Made by a program: the position numbers and the translations under genes | Shown here: in pieces, positions 22,945 to 35,888 of the stretch | Layout of the letters: every line of letters begins with the position of its first letter | Numbering within the stretch: the first letter of the stretch is position 1 | From: Acidobacteriota bacterium | GTDB taxonomy: Bacteria > Acidobacteriota > Vicinamibacteria > Vicinamibacterales > UBA2999 | Assembly (NCBI GenBank): GCA_016871195.1 | Contig: VFZN01000003.1 | Coordinates: forward strand, 1,902 to 65,901 | Length of the DNA: 64,000 nt | Direction: 5' to 3' | The notes under the pieces: model-generated | Told to the model about the DNA's origin: nothing | Databases searched by the model: none | What the model saw: only the letters and a program-made list of their open reading frames with translations

Positions 22945-23712
22945 GTGCCGGTCAGTTCCCTCGCCTCACTGACTGAATCTGCCGTTCTCGCCGTCATTCC
23001 GGCGCGCTACCAGTCGTCCCGGTTTCCGGGAAAACCTCTCGCCGACCTGCTCGGGAAACCCATGGTGGCCCACGTCGTGGCCCGCGTCCGTCGGGCGCGG
23101 GGCATTGATGCCGTGGTCGTGGCCACAGACGACGAGCGCATCGCCGCGGCCGTGCGGGCGTCGGGGGGTGAGGCCATTATGACATCGCCCAACCACCCCA
23201 CCGGCACCGACCGCCTCGCCGAAGTCGTGGCCACCCTGCCCTGCCGGGTGGTGGTAAATGTGCAGGGCGACGAACCGCTCATCGATCCCGCGGTCATTGA
23301 GGCGGTGGTCGCCCCGATGTTCGCCCAGAATCCACCGGCCGTGGCCACCGCCTGCCGGCCCGTACGGGACCGTGACGAATTTCTGTCGCCCCACGCCGTC
23401 AAGGTGGTCAGAACCGCTGCGGGAGACGCGCTCTACTTCTCCCGTGCCCCCATTCCCGCCGCGCGGGACTGGACGGGCCGTGTCCCTGCGGAGGCCCGCA
23501 TTCATCTCGGGCTCTATGCCTATCAGCGTGAGGCGCTGCTGCGGCTGACCGCGTCCCCCGTCGCGCCGCTGGAAGCCGTTGAATCACTCGAGCAGCTGCG
23601 GTTCCTGACCGCCGGCGACCGCATCCAGGTGGTGGAAACCGAGTACCATTCCATTGGCGTGGATACGCCAGACGACCTCGTCCGTGTCCGCCACTTGTTG
23701 ATGTCACACTAA
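22945..23712 (+). CDS. kdsB: 3-deoxy-manno-octulosonate cytidylyltransferase (CMP-Kdo synthetase)
   Basis: AVIPARYQSSRFPGKPL and VNVQGDEPL motifs. The exact start is uncertain (ORF starts at 22945). Confidence 0.9.
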   Translation: MPVSSLASLTESAVLAVIPARYQSSRFPGKPLADLLGKPMVAHVVARVRRARGIDAVVVATDDERIAAAVRASGGEAIMTSPNHPTGTDRLAEVVATLPCRVVVNVQGDEPLIDPAVIEAVVAPMFAQNPPAVATACRPVRDRDEFLSPHAVKVVRTAAGDALYFSRAPIPAARDWTGRVPAEARIHLGLYAYQREALLRLTASPVAPLEAVESLEQLRFLTAGDRIQVVETEYHSIGVDTPDDLVRVRHLLMSH

Positions 23713-26195
<2,483 letters not shown>

Positions 26196-26203
<8 letters not shown>

Positions 26204-27155
26204 TCTCGAGCTGGCACGGAAGGTGCTTCAGACCGAAGCCGCAGCCATCACGGCACTCGTCGGCCGCATCGACAGCGCCTTCGCCGACGCCGTCGACCGT
26301 ATCCGGCAGTGCCGGGGACGCGTCATCCTCACCGGCATGGGCAAGAGCGGCATCGTCTGCCGGAAAATCGCCGCCACCCTCTCGAGCACCGGCACGCCGG
26401 CCTTCTTCATGCACCCGGCCGAAGCCATCCACGGGGACCTCGGCGTGCTGCAGAGTGACGATGTGGTACTGGCCATGTCGTACAGCGGCGAGACGGAAGA
26501 ACTCACGCGGGTGCTGGAAACCATCAAGCGCCTCGGGGCCACGCTGATCGCCCTGACGGGCGACACCCAATCGACGCTCGCCCGCGCGGCCGATGTGCTG
26601 CTCGACTGCAGCGTGTCGGAAGAGGCCTGCCCGATGAACCTCGTACCGACCGCCTCGACCACGGCCGCCCTCGCCATGGGTGACGCTCTCGCCATGGCCG
26701 TACTCGTCGAGAAGGGATTCCGCCCTGAGGATTTTGCCTCGCTGCATCCCGGCGGCAAGCTCGGCAAGCGCCTCAAGCGGGCCGAACAGCTCATGCACGG
26801 CGGCCAGGATGTGCCCGTCGTCTCGCTCGACACGCCGATGCGCGACGTCATCTATGTGATGTCGAGCAAGGGCCTCGGCGTGACCGCCGTCGTCGATCAC
26901 GATTGCCGACTGGCCGGTATCATCACCGACGGCGACCTCCGGCGTCAGATGGCCACCACGCCAGATATCCTCGGTCAGCGGGCCGGCGATCTGATGACAC
27001 GCCGCCCCATCACCGTGCGTCGCGAGACGCTCGCGGCCGAAGTCCTGGCCCTGCTTGAGCAGCGCAAGATCACCTCGGTGGTGGTCGTCGATGACCGGGA
27101 CCGGGTCGAGGGCATCGTGCACCTGCACGACTTGTGGCGCACCGGAATGGTCTAG
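26196..27155 (+). CDS. kdsD: arabinose-5-phosphate isomerase (SIS + CBS pair)
   Basis: SIS domain (GRVILTGMGKSG) followed by two CBS domains. It overlaps kdsA by 8 nt. Confidence 0.9.
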
Positions 27156-27158
27156 GAC

Positions 27159-28382
27159 ATGGTCGTGTCGGGCTACCTTCCCCTTGTCGTCGGACTGCTC
27201 GCGCTGCTCCTCGGGCTGGCGATCGGCAAGGCCTGGGAGCGATACAAGTTGCGGGACGGCCGCTGGATTGACCGCCGCCGCGCCCGCGAGTCGCAGCACT
27301 ACGTGCTGGGTCTCAACTTCCTGATCTCGAACCAAACCGACCTGGCCATCGAGGAACTCACGCGCGCGGCGCGCGTCGACGCCGATGCCCTCGAGATCCA
27401 CATGATCCTGGGCAACGTCTATCGCGAACGCGGCCAGGTGTCGCGCGCCATCCAGGTGCATCAGGCGCTGCTGCAGCGACCCAAGCTCACGCGCATCGAA
27501 CACAGCTACGTGCTGCTGTGCCTCGGGCTTGACTACAAGCGCGGCGGATTTGTCGACCGCGCGCTCGAAACCTTCACGGAAGTACTGAGGCTGACCCCCG
27601 ACAACCCCTATGCCCTGATGTACCTGCAGAAGCTGCACGAGGAACAGCACCAGTGGGCCGAGGCGCATCGCATCCGCACGCAGCTGATGTCGCTGGATGG
27701 CCCTGACACCCAGCCGCGCAACCAGGCCATCCTGAGCTTCCTCGAGTACGAGCTTGGCACGTCGGCGCTCACTGACGGGCACCGCGACCGTGCGCGGCGC
27801 CACTTCGAATCGGCCATCGCGCTCTCCCTAGCGACGACGCCAGCGTACCTGCAGCTGGGCGATGTTGCGCTCGCCGCCGGTGATGCGTCGACGGCGCTGA
27901 GCACCTGGATGCAGCTGGTCGCCCACTCGCCCGAGCGGGCGCACCTAGCGTTCGAGCGGGTCCAACAGCTGGCCGAACAGCGAGGGGCGCTGGCCGAGTT
28001 TCAGGACCGCTGCCGACGGTTCATTGACCAGTATCCTCATGACTGGCGTATCCGGGTCATGTTTGGGTCTCACCTGGTCCGTCACGGACAGGCACGAGAC
28101 GCCATGCCGCTGCTGCTGGCGGCGCTGACGCAGAACCCGCATGGCCTCACTGTGCACCAGGCCGTCTGGACGGCATTGCTGGCCCTCAACCTCGACCGTG
28201 CGCTTGTCCAGCAGTACATTGAGGCCGCACGCACAGCGGTGTTCTTCCTCGACCCTCACGTGTGCCTCAAGTGCCACTATCGCAGCACCGAACTGCTGTG
28301 GCAGTGCCCGCATTGCCACGAGTGGAACAGCTTCGTGGAGGAACGCATCGCCGCCGCACGCCAGCCGGCTGCTGACCTGTAG
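27159..28382 (+). CDS. lapB: lipopolysaccharide assembly protein B (LapB/YciM-like: N-terminal TM, TPR repeats, C-terminal rubredoxin-like zinc site)
   Basis: The TM helix YLPLVVGLLALLLGLAIGKAW, TPR-rich body and terminal CLKCHYRSTELLWQCPHCHEWNSF match the LapB architecture. It follows the Kdo genes. Confidence 0.8.
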   Translation: MVVSGYLPLVVGLLALLLGLAIGKAWERYKLRDGRWIDRRRARESQHYVLGLNFLISNQTDLAIEELTRAARVDADALEIHMILGNVYRERGQVSRAIQVHQALLQRPKLTRIEHSYVLLCLGLDYKRGGFVDRALETFTEVLRLTPDNPYALMYLQKLHEEQHQWAEAHRIRTQLMSLDGPDTQPRNQAILSFLEYELGTSALTDGHRDRARRHFESAIALSLATTPAYLQLGDVALAAGDASTALSTWMQLVAHSPERAHLAFERVQQLAEQRGALAEFQDRCRRFIDQYPHDWRIRVMFGSHLVRHGQARDAMPLLLAALTQNPHGLTVHQAVWTALLALNLDRALVQQYIEAARTAVFFLDPHVCLKCHYRSTELLWQCPHCHEWNSFVEERIAAARQPAADL

Positions 28383-28389
28383 CCGCGTC

Positions 28390-28419
28390 TTGTCGCTCGT
28401 GACGGTCACGCACTATACT
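28390..28419 (+). promoter_or_regulatory. possible promoter TTGTCG-N18-TATACT ahead of the lipoprotein triplet
   Basis: Hexamers at 28390-28395 and 28414-28419. The -10 element ends 12 nt before the ATG at 28432, implying a very short leader. This is pattern match only. Confidence 0.25.
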
Positions 28420-28431
28420 TGAGTGGTTCAG

Positions 28432-28893
28432 ATGTCTTCCGGGCGACTTTTCCTGCTGGCCGCGTGGTGCGCCATGTCCGTTGTGACCAGCGCCGCGTGC
28501 ACAGGTGACCGCAAGGCGTCCACCACCGACACGCTCACCTCCCCATCGCTCAGTCCGGCGGATCCCATCGTCACGGAAACCTTCACGGGGACACTCCGCC
28601 CGAACGCGACCGTTTTTTATGCGTTCACGGTGGCCACCTACGGCACGGTCAACATCACCCTTGATGAAGTGACGGGCGTGCAGGTCTCCGAGGACGTGCC
28701 CTTCGAGTTCGAGATCGGCCCTGGCGTGCCGCGCGGCACCGGCTGCTCCCCCAACTCTGTGCTGGTCGTCGCACCAGGCGAGGGACCGCATTCGTCCGGC
28801 GTGTTCGACGCCGGCATCTGGTGCGTCCGCCTCCGCGAGCTTGGCAATATGTCCGGTCCGGCACGCTTCCGCATCACCATCGCCCACCCATGA
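28432..28893 (+). CDS. predicted lipoprotein, paralog 1 of 3 (unassigned beta-rich domain)
   Basis: Signal peptide plus lipobox (..MSVVTSAAC), an S/T/P linker, then a domain with two Cys (GTGCSPNS .. GIWCVRL) ending FRITIAHP. The alternative start is GTG 28423. Confidence 0.6.
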   Translation: MSSGRLFLLAAWCAMSVVTSAACTGDRKASTTDTLTSPSLSPADPIVTETFTGTLRPNATVFYAFTVATYGTVNITLDEVTGVQVSEDVPFEFEIGPGVPRGTGCSPNSVLVVAPGEGPHSSGVFDAGIWCVRLRELGNMSGPARFRITIAHP

Positions 28894-29324
28894 TGCGCCT
28901 GCTCCTGACTGTGACCGTGTTGCTTGTCGCCAGCGCATGCAACAACGACGCCCAGACCACCGCCACGTCGCCGTCGCCCGTGGTGCAGGCGACGCTGCAG
29001 ACCGAGTTCTACGCCGATACGCTGCAGCCGGGTGACCTGCGGTTCTACTCGTTTTCCGTGCCCAGCGACAGCACGGCTTCGGCCATGCTCGGCAGCATCG
29101 TCCGGCTCGACGGTCGTGTGGACGCAAGCCAGCGCATCGGACTCGGGTTCGGGTATCCGTCTGGCACGACCTGCACGGTGACCCAGTGGGTGGTCACCAC
29201 CTCAGGACTCACCGCCCAGTTGAAGGGCTGGCTGACCAAGGGCGTCCACTGCGTCGCGATCTACGATCCCGGGGGGATGACCGTCCCCCTCAACTTCGCG
29301 GTACGCTTCGAGCACTTCTTCTGA
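28890..29324 (+). CDS. predicted lipoprotein, paralog 2 of 3
   Basis: MMRLLLTVTVLLVASAC lipobox and the same landmark pattern (GTTCTVTQ .. GVHCVAI .. FAVRFEHFF). ATGA overlap with paralog 1. The ORF-track start 28821 lies inside paralog 1. Confidence 0.6.
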   Translation: MMRLLLTVTVLLVASACNNDAQTTATSPSPVVQATLQTEFYADTLQPGDLRFYSFSVPSDSTASAMLGSIVRLDGRVDASQRIGLGFGYPSGTTCTVTQWVVTTSGLTAQLKGWLTKGVHCVAIYDPGGMTVPLNFAVRFEHFF

Positions 29325-29325
29325 T

Positions 29326-29745
29326 ATGCGACGCACGCTCTCTGCCGCCGCCGTGCTGCTGGCCACGCTGACCGCGTCGTGCAACAGCAACAGCACCACG
29401 CCGATGATTACCGCACCGACGACATCAGGGTCGACCTCGGTGTTCTCAGGCAGCATCGTCACCGGCGGAACCGCAGCCCGGTCGTTCGATGCCGCCGCGG
29501 CAGGCACCGCGACGGCAACCTTCGAGTTTCTCGATCAGAGTGGGGTATCGCTGCAACTCGCCCTGGGCATTCCCCGCCTGAGCGGTTCGGGCTGCTTTCT
29601 GAGCCGGGCTGTCACGGTGACAGCCGGTCCTGGCAGCTCGGTGTCGACGCCCGTGGAACCTGGTACGTTCTGTGTGCAGTTGGCAGACACTACCGGCCAG
29701 ATCGCCCGCGTCGCCGCCTTCCGCGTCACGATTACGGCGCCGTAA
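29326..29745 (+). CDS. predicted lipoprotein, paralog 3 of 3
   Basis: MRRTLSAAAVLLATLTASC lipobox. GSGCFLSR .. GTFCVQL .. FRVTITAP. It starts 1 nt after the paralog 2 stop. Confidence 0.6.
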   Translation: MRRTLSAAAVLLATLTASCNSNSTTPMITAPTTSGSTSVFSGSIVTGGTAARSFDAAAAGTATATFEFLDQSGVSLQLALGIPRLSGSGCFLSRAVTVTAGPGSSVSTPVEPGTFCVQLADTTGQIARVAAFRVTITAP

Positions 29746-30330
29746 CCCGCCACTGCTCCACCAGGCGATCGACCTGCGCGTCGGTCTGGTCGAGCGTCCC
29801 GTCTGTCTCCACCACATAGTCGGCGTGCGCCCGTTTCCGGGCCATCGGCCACTGTGCGGCGATGCGCTGTGAGGCGGTGTCCTCCGACAGACCATCACGG
29901 GCCATCACTCGCACCAGCTGGTTCTCTGGCGCACAGACCACGACGATCACGGCGTCAAAGTCGCGCTCGCGCCCGGTCTCGAACAGCAGAGGGATCTCGG
30001 CGATCGCGTGCGGGGTTCCGGCTGGCACCGTGTCGAAAAAGGTCTCGATGAGGCGCCGCACGATCGGATGAATCAGGGCTTCAAGCTCGTGCCGCGCCAC
30101 AGGATCAGGGAACACAATCGCGGCGAGCGCCGCACGGTCGAGCGTCCCGTCCTCTCGCAGCACCCCGGGCCCGAATCGGTCGACGACGGCCCTGAGGCCA
30201 GGCGTGCCAGGTGCGACGGCCTCACGCGCGAGCACATCCGCATCGACCACCGGCACACCATGCTGGCGCAACCGTGCGGCCACACGGCTCTTGCCGGTGC
30301 CGATGCCGCCGGTCAGCGCGAGTCGCCGCA

Positions 30331-30331
<1 letters not shown>
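29732..30331 (-). CDS. coaE: dephospho-CoA kinase
   Basis: MRRLALTGGIGTGKS P-loop N-terminus. I prefer the ATG at 30331 (TGATG junction with the folD stop) over 30355. Confidence 0.9.
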
Positions 30332-31266
<935 letters not shown>

Positions 31267-31273
31267 ACGGGTC

Positions 31274-31678
31274 CTACCTCTCGCCCCAGGGGTGCGTCAT
31301 TCCGACGCCTGCCGGCGAGACCGCCACGAAACCGGACAGGAACCGCAGGCCGAACCCGACATTGAGCCCCACCAGACAGGACACCCGAATCAGCACCGGC
31401 AGACTCAGCATCAGGTCGAGGCCCGACACGATGCCCAGGTTCCGGAACACCGGTCCGAACGGCACGCAGAAGGGACGCACGGTGTCGGGGCGTCCCTGAC
31501 GCATCCGTCGCACGGAGGCACTGGCCACCACGAAGGCACGAAGCGTGTCGACGAGGATCCCGGCCCCGAGCAGGGTCGGCTCCCCCGCCGTCAGGGTGGG
31601 CCTGAGGGCCTTGCTGCCATGTCCGACGTCGCCGACCCGTCGTTCCATCGACGTTGTCGTCAACAGCTGCACGTCCAT
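31274..31678 (-). CDS. small hypothetical protein, possibly membrane-associated (DUF4321-like pattern, weak)
   Basis: High GC3 in this frame. GGAGG lies 4 nt upstream of the ATG at 31678 (MDVQLL..). The C-terminal half, GLDLMLSLPVLIRVSCLVGLNVGFGLRFLSGFV, is hydrophobic. ORF-track start 31744 (ATGA with the thiE stop) is an alternative. Confidence 0.5.
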   Translation of the reverse strand: MDVQLLTTTSMERRVGDVGHGSKALRPTLTAGEPTLLGAGILVDTLRAFVVASASVRRMRQGRPDTVRPFCVPFGPVFRNLGIVSGLDLMLSLPVLIRVSCLVGLNVGFGLRFLSGFVAVSPAGVGMTHPWGER

Positions 31679-31740
31679 CCGACCTCCGGAAAAAATTGTA
31701 CTGCAGGTACGCGGTGCGCCACGTCTGATGCCGACCACGG

Positions 31741-32382
31741 TCATCGCGACGCGGCAATCAGTCGCGCCGCGGCCACACCGGGCTCGTCACCGTCGAGCAG
31801 TGCACCGATGGCGCAGACCATCGACACGCCGCAGGCCACGACGTTGGGAGTGCGCTCGACCGTAATGCCGCCAATCGCCACGACGGGCATGGACCTCGCG
31901 CGGGCTAGCGCACAGACGTCACGCACCAGTGGCAATCCGAGCGGTGTATAGCCGGTGTCTTTGCTGCCTGTGTCGAACACCGGGCCGATGGCCAGGTAGT
32001 CGATGGGCGCGCGGAGGGCCGCCTGTGCCTGAACAAGAGAATGCGTTGACAGCCCGATCAGCGCGTCGGACCCCAGCAGCGCACGCACGGCCTCGGGCGG
32101 CAGATCGTCCTGCCCCACGTGGACACCGTCGGCACCGATGATCTGCGCCACATCGGCACGGTCATTCACAATGAGACGCGCGCGTCCCCTCGTGAGGGCC
32201 ACGGCTTCCGCGCCGAGCACGCAGACGTCCGCAGTGCCCATCGACTTGGCACGCAGCTGCACCAGGGTGATGCCGGCATCGAGCCACGCCTGCAGCACCG
32301 CGCCCGGCGACAGCCGTCGGGCGCGGCACACATCCGCGTCGAGAATGGCGTAGACCGACGGCCAGTCAGCGGGCACCGGCAC
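31741..32382 (-). CDS. thiE: thiamine-phosphate synthase
   Basis: ThiE-like TIM-barrel sequence (..LVQLRAK.. ; ..ADGVHVGQDDL.. ; ..YLAIGPVF.. ; VVAIGGI). Confidence 0.9.
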   Translation of the reverse strand: MPVPADWPSVYAILDADVCRARRLSPGAVLQAWLDAGITLVQLRAKSMGTADVCVLGAEAVALTRGRARLIVNDRADVAQIIGADGVHVGQDDLPPEAVRALLGSDALIGLSTHSLVQAQAALRAPIDYLAIGPVFDTGSKDTGYTPLGLPLVRDVCALARARSMPVVAIGGITVERTPNVVACGVSMVCAIGALLDGDEPGVAAARLIAASR

Positions 32383-33753
32383 TCAGGCCGACTGCTCCGC
32401 CGCCACGGGCTTCTTCACAGGCATGAACCGCTCCATGAAGTGGGTGCTGAGGCGACCGGCCACAAAGTCAGGGTCGTTGAGAATCTTGAGATGCAGCGGA
32501 ATCGAGGTGCGAATGCCCTCGACCACCGACATCTCGAGGGTGCGCTTCATGCGGGCAATGGCCTCGGCCCGATCGCGCCCGTGCACGATGACCTTGGCGA
32601 TCATCGAGTCATAGTGCGGGGGAATCGTGGCCTCCGAATGGCAGGCGGTGTCGACACGGACCCCGGGCCCGCCGGGGATGCTGAACGCGTGAATCTTGCC
32701 GGGCGACGGCACAAAGGTCACCGGGTCTTCGGCATTGACGCGGCACTCGATCGAGTGACCGGTCCAGGTCACGTCACTCTGCCGGAACGACAACCTCTCG
32801 CCGGCGGCGATGCGAATCTGCTCTTTCACCAGGTCGATGCCCGTCACCCACTCGGTCACCGGGTGCTCCACCTGGATGCGGGTGTTCACTTCCATGAAGT
32901 AGAACTGCCCCTTGTCATCCACCAGGAACTCGAAGGTACCGGCATTCGTGTACTGCACGGCACGTGCCGCGTCGACCACGACCGCGCCCATCTTGCGGCG
33001 CACCTTGTCCGACACCGCGACCGAGGGCGATTCCTCGATCAGTTTCTGGTGCCGGCGCTGAATCGAGCACTCGCGCTCACCCAGATGCACCACGTTACCG
33101 TGATGGTCGCCGATGATCTGATATTCGATGTGCCGGGGGGAATCGAGGTACTTTTCGATGTAGACATCGCCCCGGCCGAAGGCCGCCTCGGCCTCACGTT
33201 GGGCGGTGCGGAAGCTGTGTCCCAGGTCGGAGGGCTCGCGGACGATGCGCATGCCGCGCCCGCCGCCGCCGGCGACGGCCTTGATGATGACCGGATAGCC
33301 AATCTCCCGGGCGATCTTGAGGGCAGCCTCCTCGCTGTCGACCGGACCCTCGCTGCCGGGCAGCATCGGCACGCCCGCCTTCTTCATGGCCTTGCGGGCC
33401 TTGGCCTTGTCACCCAACAGGCGAATCACATGCGGGTCGGGACCGATGAAGCGGATGTGGCACGCCTCGCAGACTTCGGCGAGATAGGCGCTCTCGGACA
33501 GGAAGCCGTAGCCGGGATGAATGGCATCGGCCCCCGTGATTTCGGCGGCGCTGATGATGGCCGGCACATTGAGGTAGCTGTCGGCACTCTTGGCCGGCCC
33601 GATGCAGATGTCTTCGTCGGCGAACCGCACGTGCAGCGAGTTCTCGTCTGCTTCCGAATAGACCGCGACGGTCCTGATGCCCAGTTCCCGGCAGGCAAAA
33701 ATGACGCGGAGGGCGATTTCTCCCCGGTTGGCGACCAGAATCTTCTTGAACAT
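32383..33753 (-). CDS. accC: acetyl-CoA carboxylase biotin carboxylase subunit
   Basis: [18 protein letters not shown].. N-terminus and an ATP-grasp fold. Length is 456 aa and the gene is downstream of accB. Confidence 0.95.
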   Translation of the reverse strand: MFKKILVANRGEIALRVIFACRELGIRTVAVYSEADENSLHVRFADEDICIGPAKSADSYLNVPAIISAAEITGADAIHPGYGFLSESAYLAEVCEACHIRFIGPDPHVIRLLGDKAKARKAMKKAGVPMLPGSEGPVDSEEAALKIAREIGYPVIIKAVAGGGGRGMRIVREPSDLGHSFRTAQREAEAAFGRGDVYIEKYLDSPRHIEYQIIGDHHGNVVHLGERECSIQRRHQKLIEESPSVAVSDKVRRKMGAVVVDAARAVQYTNAGTFEFLVDDKGQFYFMEVNTRIQVEHPVTEWVTGIDLVKEQIRIAAGERLSFRQSDVTWTGHSIECRVNAEDPVTFVPSPGKIHAFSIPGGPGVRVDTACHSEATIPPHYDSMIAKVIVHGRDRAEAIARMKRTLEMSVVEGIRTSIPLHLKILNDPDFVAGRLSTHFMERFMPVKKPVAAEQSA

Positions 33754-33764
33754 ATGGAGCGGAT

Positions 33765-34226
<462 letters not shown>

Positions 34227-34235
34227 CGGTCGTGT

Positions 34236-35354
34236 CTACCCTTCCAGCAGCGGGGCCGTCAGCCATTCCGGTCCAGATGGCGTCATGACCACGTCATCCT
34301 CTATCCGCACTCCACCCCAGCCTGGAATGTAGACCCCTGGCTCGAGCGTGAACACCATCCCTGCCTCAAGCAGGGCGCCGGCGACTCCGCCACGTCTCGG
34401 CCCCAGTCGCGGGGCCTCGTGCACCTCGAGTCCGAGCCCATGCCCCAACCCGTGGCTGAAATACTCACCAACACCCGCTGCCGTCAGCACGCGACGGGCC
34501 TCGGCGTCCACCGCATCAGCGGCCACCCCGGGCCTCAGCACCGCAAAGGCCGCCTGCTGGGCCCTCCAGACATCCAGCCAGACCTGCCGCTGCCGGTCAC
34601 CCGTGGCACCGAGCTGCACCGTGCGGGTCACGTCCACCGCGTAACCCTGATACATGCCACCGAAGTCGATGACCACAAGGTCGCCGTCGACCAGCACCCG
34701 GTCGCCGGCCCGATGATGTGGCCGTGCCCCGTTCGGCCCTGTGGCGACAATCGTATCAAACGCAGGTTTGTCGAATCCCTGGCGCCGCAGGTCGGCCTCG
34801 ATCAGCGCGGCCACGTCACGCTCGGTCCGCCCCGAGAGCGATGCCGTGAGTATACCCCCGGCAATCGCCGACAGCCGGCGACCGGCCTCGCGCATGGTCG
34901 TCAGCTCCCAGGCGTCCTTGTGCACCCGCAGCTGCTCGACGAGGGCCTCCACAGCCACCCAGCGGAGCGAGCTGGCGGCACCTCCCGTGCGTGCCCGGAG
35001 GTCATCAAAATGCCCGACGGTCAGGGCCCCGGGTTCGTAGGCCAGGGCCATCGCGGCCAACCTCTGCAGGTGACCGGCGACGAGGGCGTCCGTGCTGGTG
35101 CCGGACGGAGCCACGTGCCCCCGCACGCCAAGACCGCAGTGGTCGAGGGCCTCCAGTTCCTCGGCGTAGCGACTGTCGCTCAGCAGATGGACAGCCTCGC
35201 CATCGACGATGACCACGCCGGCGCTCCCCTCAAAACCGGTGAGATACCAGATGTTGGGTCGGCTGGTGATGAGGGCCGCCTGAGTGCCACTCTCGGCCAA
35301 CCTCGCACGGAGCCGGGCATGCCGGGCCTGCAGCAGGCCGTCAGGCAGCCTCAT
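34236..35354 (-). CDS. pepP: Xaa-Pro aminopeptidase (M24B)
   Basis: Creatinase-like N-domain plus the HGLGHGLGLEVHE metal-site motif. Confidence 0.85.
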   Translation of the reverse strand: MRLPDGLLQARHARLRARLAESGTQAALITSRPNIWYLTGFEGSAGVVIVDGEAVHLLSDSRYAEELEALDHCGLGVRGHVAPSGTSTDALVAGHLQRLAAMALAYEPGALTVGHFDDLRARTGGAASSLRWVAVEALVEQLRVHKDAWELTTMREAGRRLSAIAGGILTASLSGRTERDVAALIEADLRRQGFDKPAFDTIVATGPNGARPHHRAGDRVLVDGDLVVIDFGGMYQGYAVDVTRTVQLGATGDRQRQVWLDVWRAQQAAFAVLRPGVAADAVDAEARRVLTAAGVGEYFSHGLGHGLGLEVHEAPRLGPRRGGVAGALLEAGMVFTLEPGVYIPGWGGVRIEDDVVMTPSGPEWLTAPLLEG

Positions 35355-35857
35355 GGCGAGGCTCCGGTGAGTTGCGCCAGCCAGCGCTCGAGCTCAGCGA
35401 GGGCGGCCCGGTCATCAGGCGAGGGATCGGCCGCGGCCTCCCTGGCGCGCAGGCGCTGCTCGAGGTCGCCGAACATGTCGTCAGTCCACTGGAACGACGA
35501 GGGGGCCTCACCGGTGCCTCCCGACGCAGCATCCCCGGGCGGCGCGGGACGGGGCGACTTCGGGGTGGACCCTGTTCCGACCAGGTCTTCGAGGCTACGA
35601 CGGGCCTCCGGCCGATTCGGATCGAGGGCCACAACCCTCCACAGGGCCTGCATGGCCTCTTCGAGCCGTTCGAGCCGATGCAGCACCCGGGCCCGCATGA
35701 CCAGACAGGCAGGGTCGCCGGGCCACGCCTGCAGTCCTTCGTCGCACACCGAGAGGGCCGCCTCGGCCTCGCCCAACGCCAGCAGTTGCTCGGCGCGTGT
35801 CGCCCATCGCCGGCCCGGCTGGTCGGGGGCCACTCGGCCAATGTCGAGAATCGGCAT
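35351..35857 (-). CDS. TPR-repeat protein without obvious signal peptide
   Basis: TPR-like helices (AEQLLALGEAEAALSVCDEGLQAWPGDPACLVMRARVLHRLERLEEAMQALWRVVALDPNRPEA) and an acidic/Pro-rich tail. The start is taken at ATG 35857, 31 nt after the pilQ stop. The stop overlaps the pepP start (ATGA). Confidence 0.55.
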   Translation of the reverse strand: MPILDIGRVAPDQPGRRWATRAEQLLALGEAEAALSVCDEGLQAWPGDPACLVMRARVLHRLERLEEAMQALWRVVALDPNRPEARRSLEDLVGTGSTPKSPRPAPPGDAASGGTGEAPSSFQWTDDMFGDLEQRLRAREAAADPSPDDRAALAELERWLAQLTGASP

Positions 35858-35888
35858 CAGGGGTTGGGGCTCAAGCGACAGGCTACCA

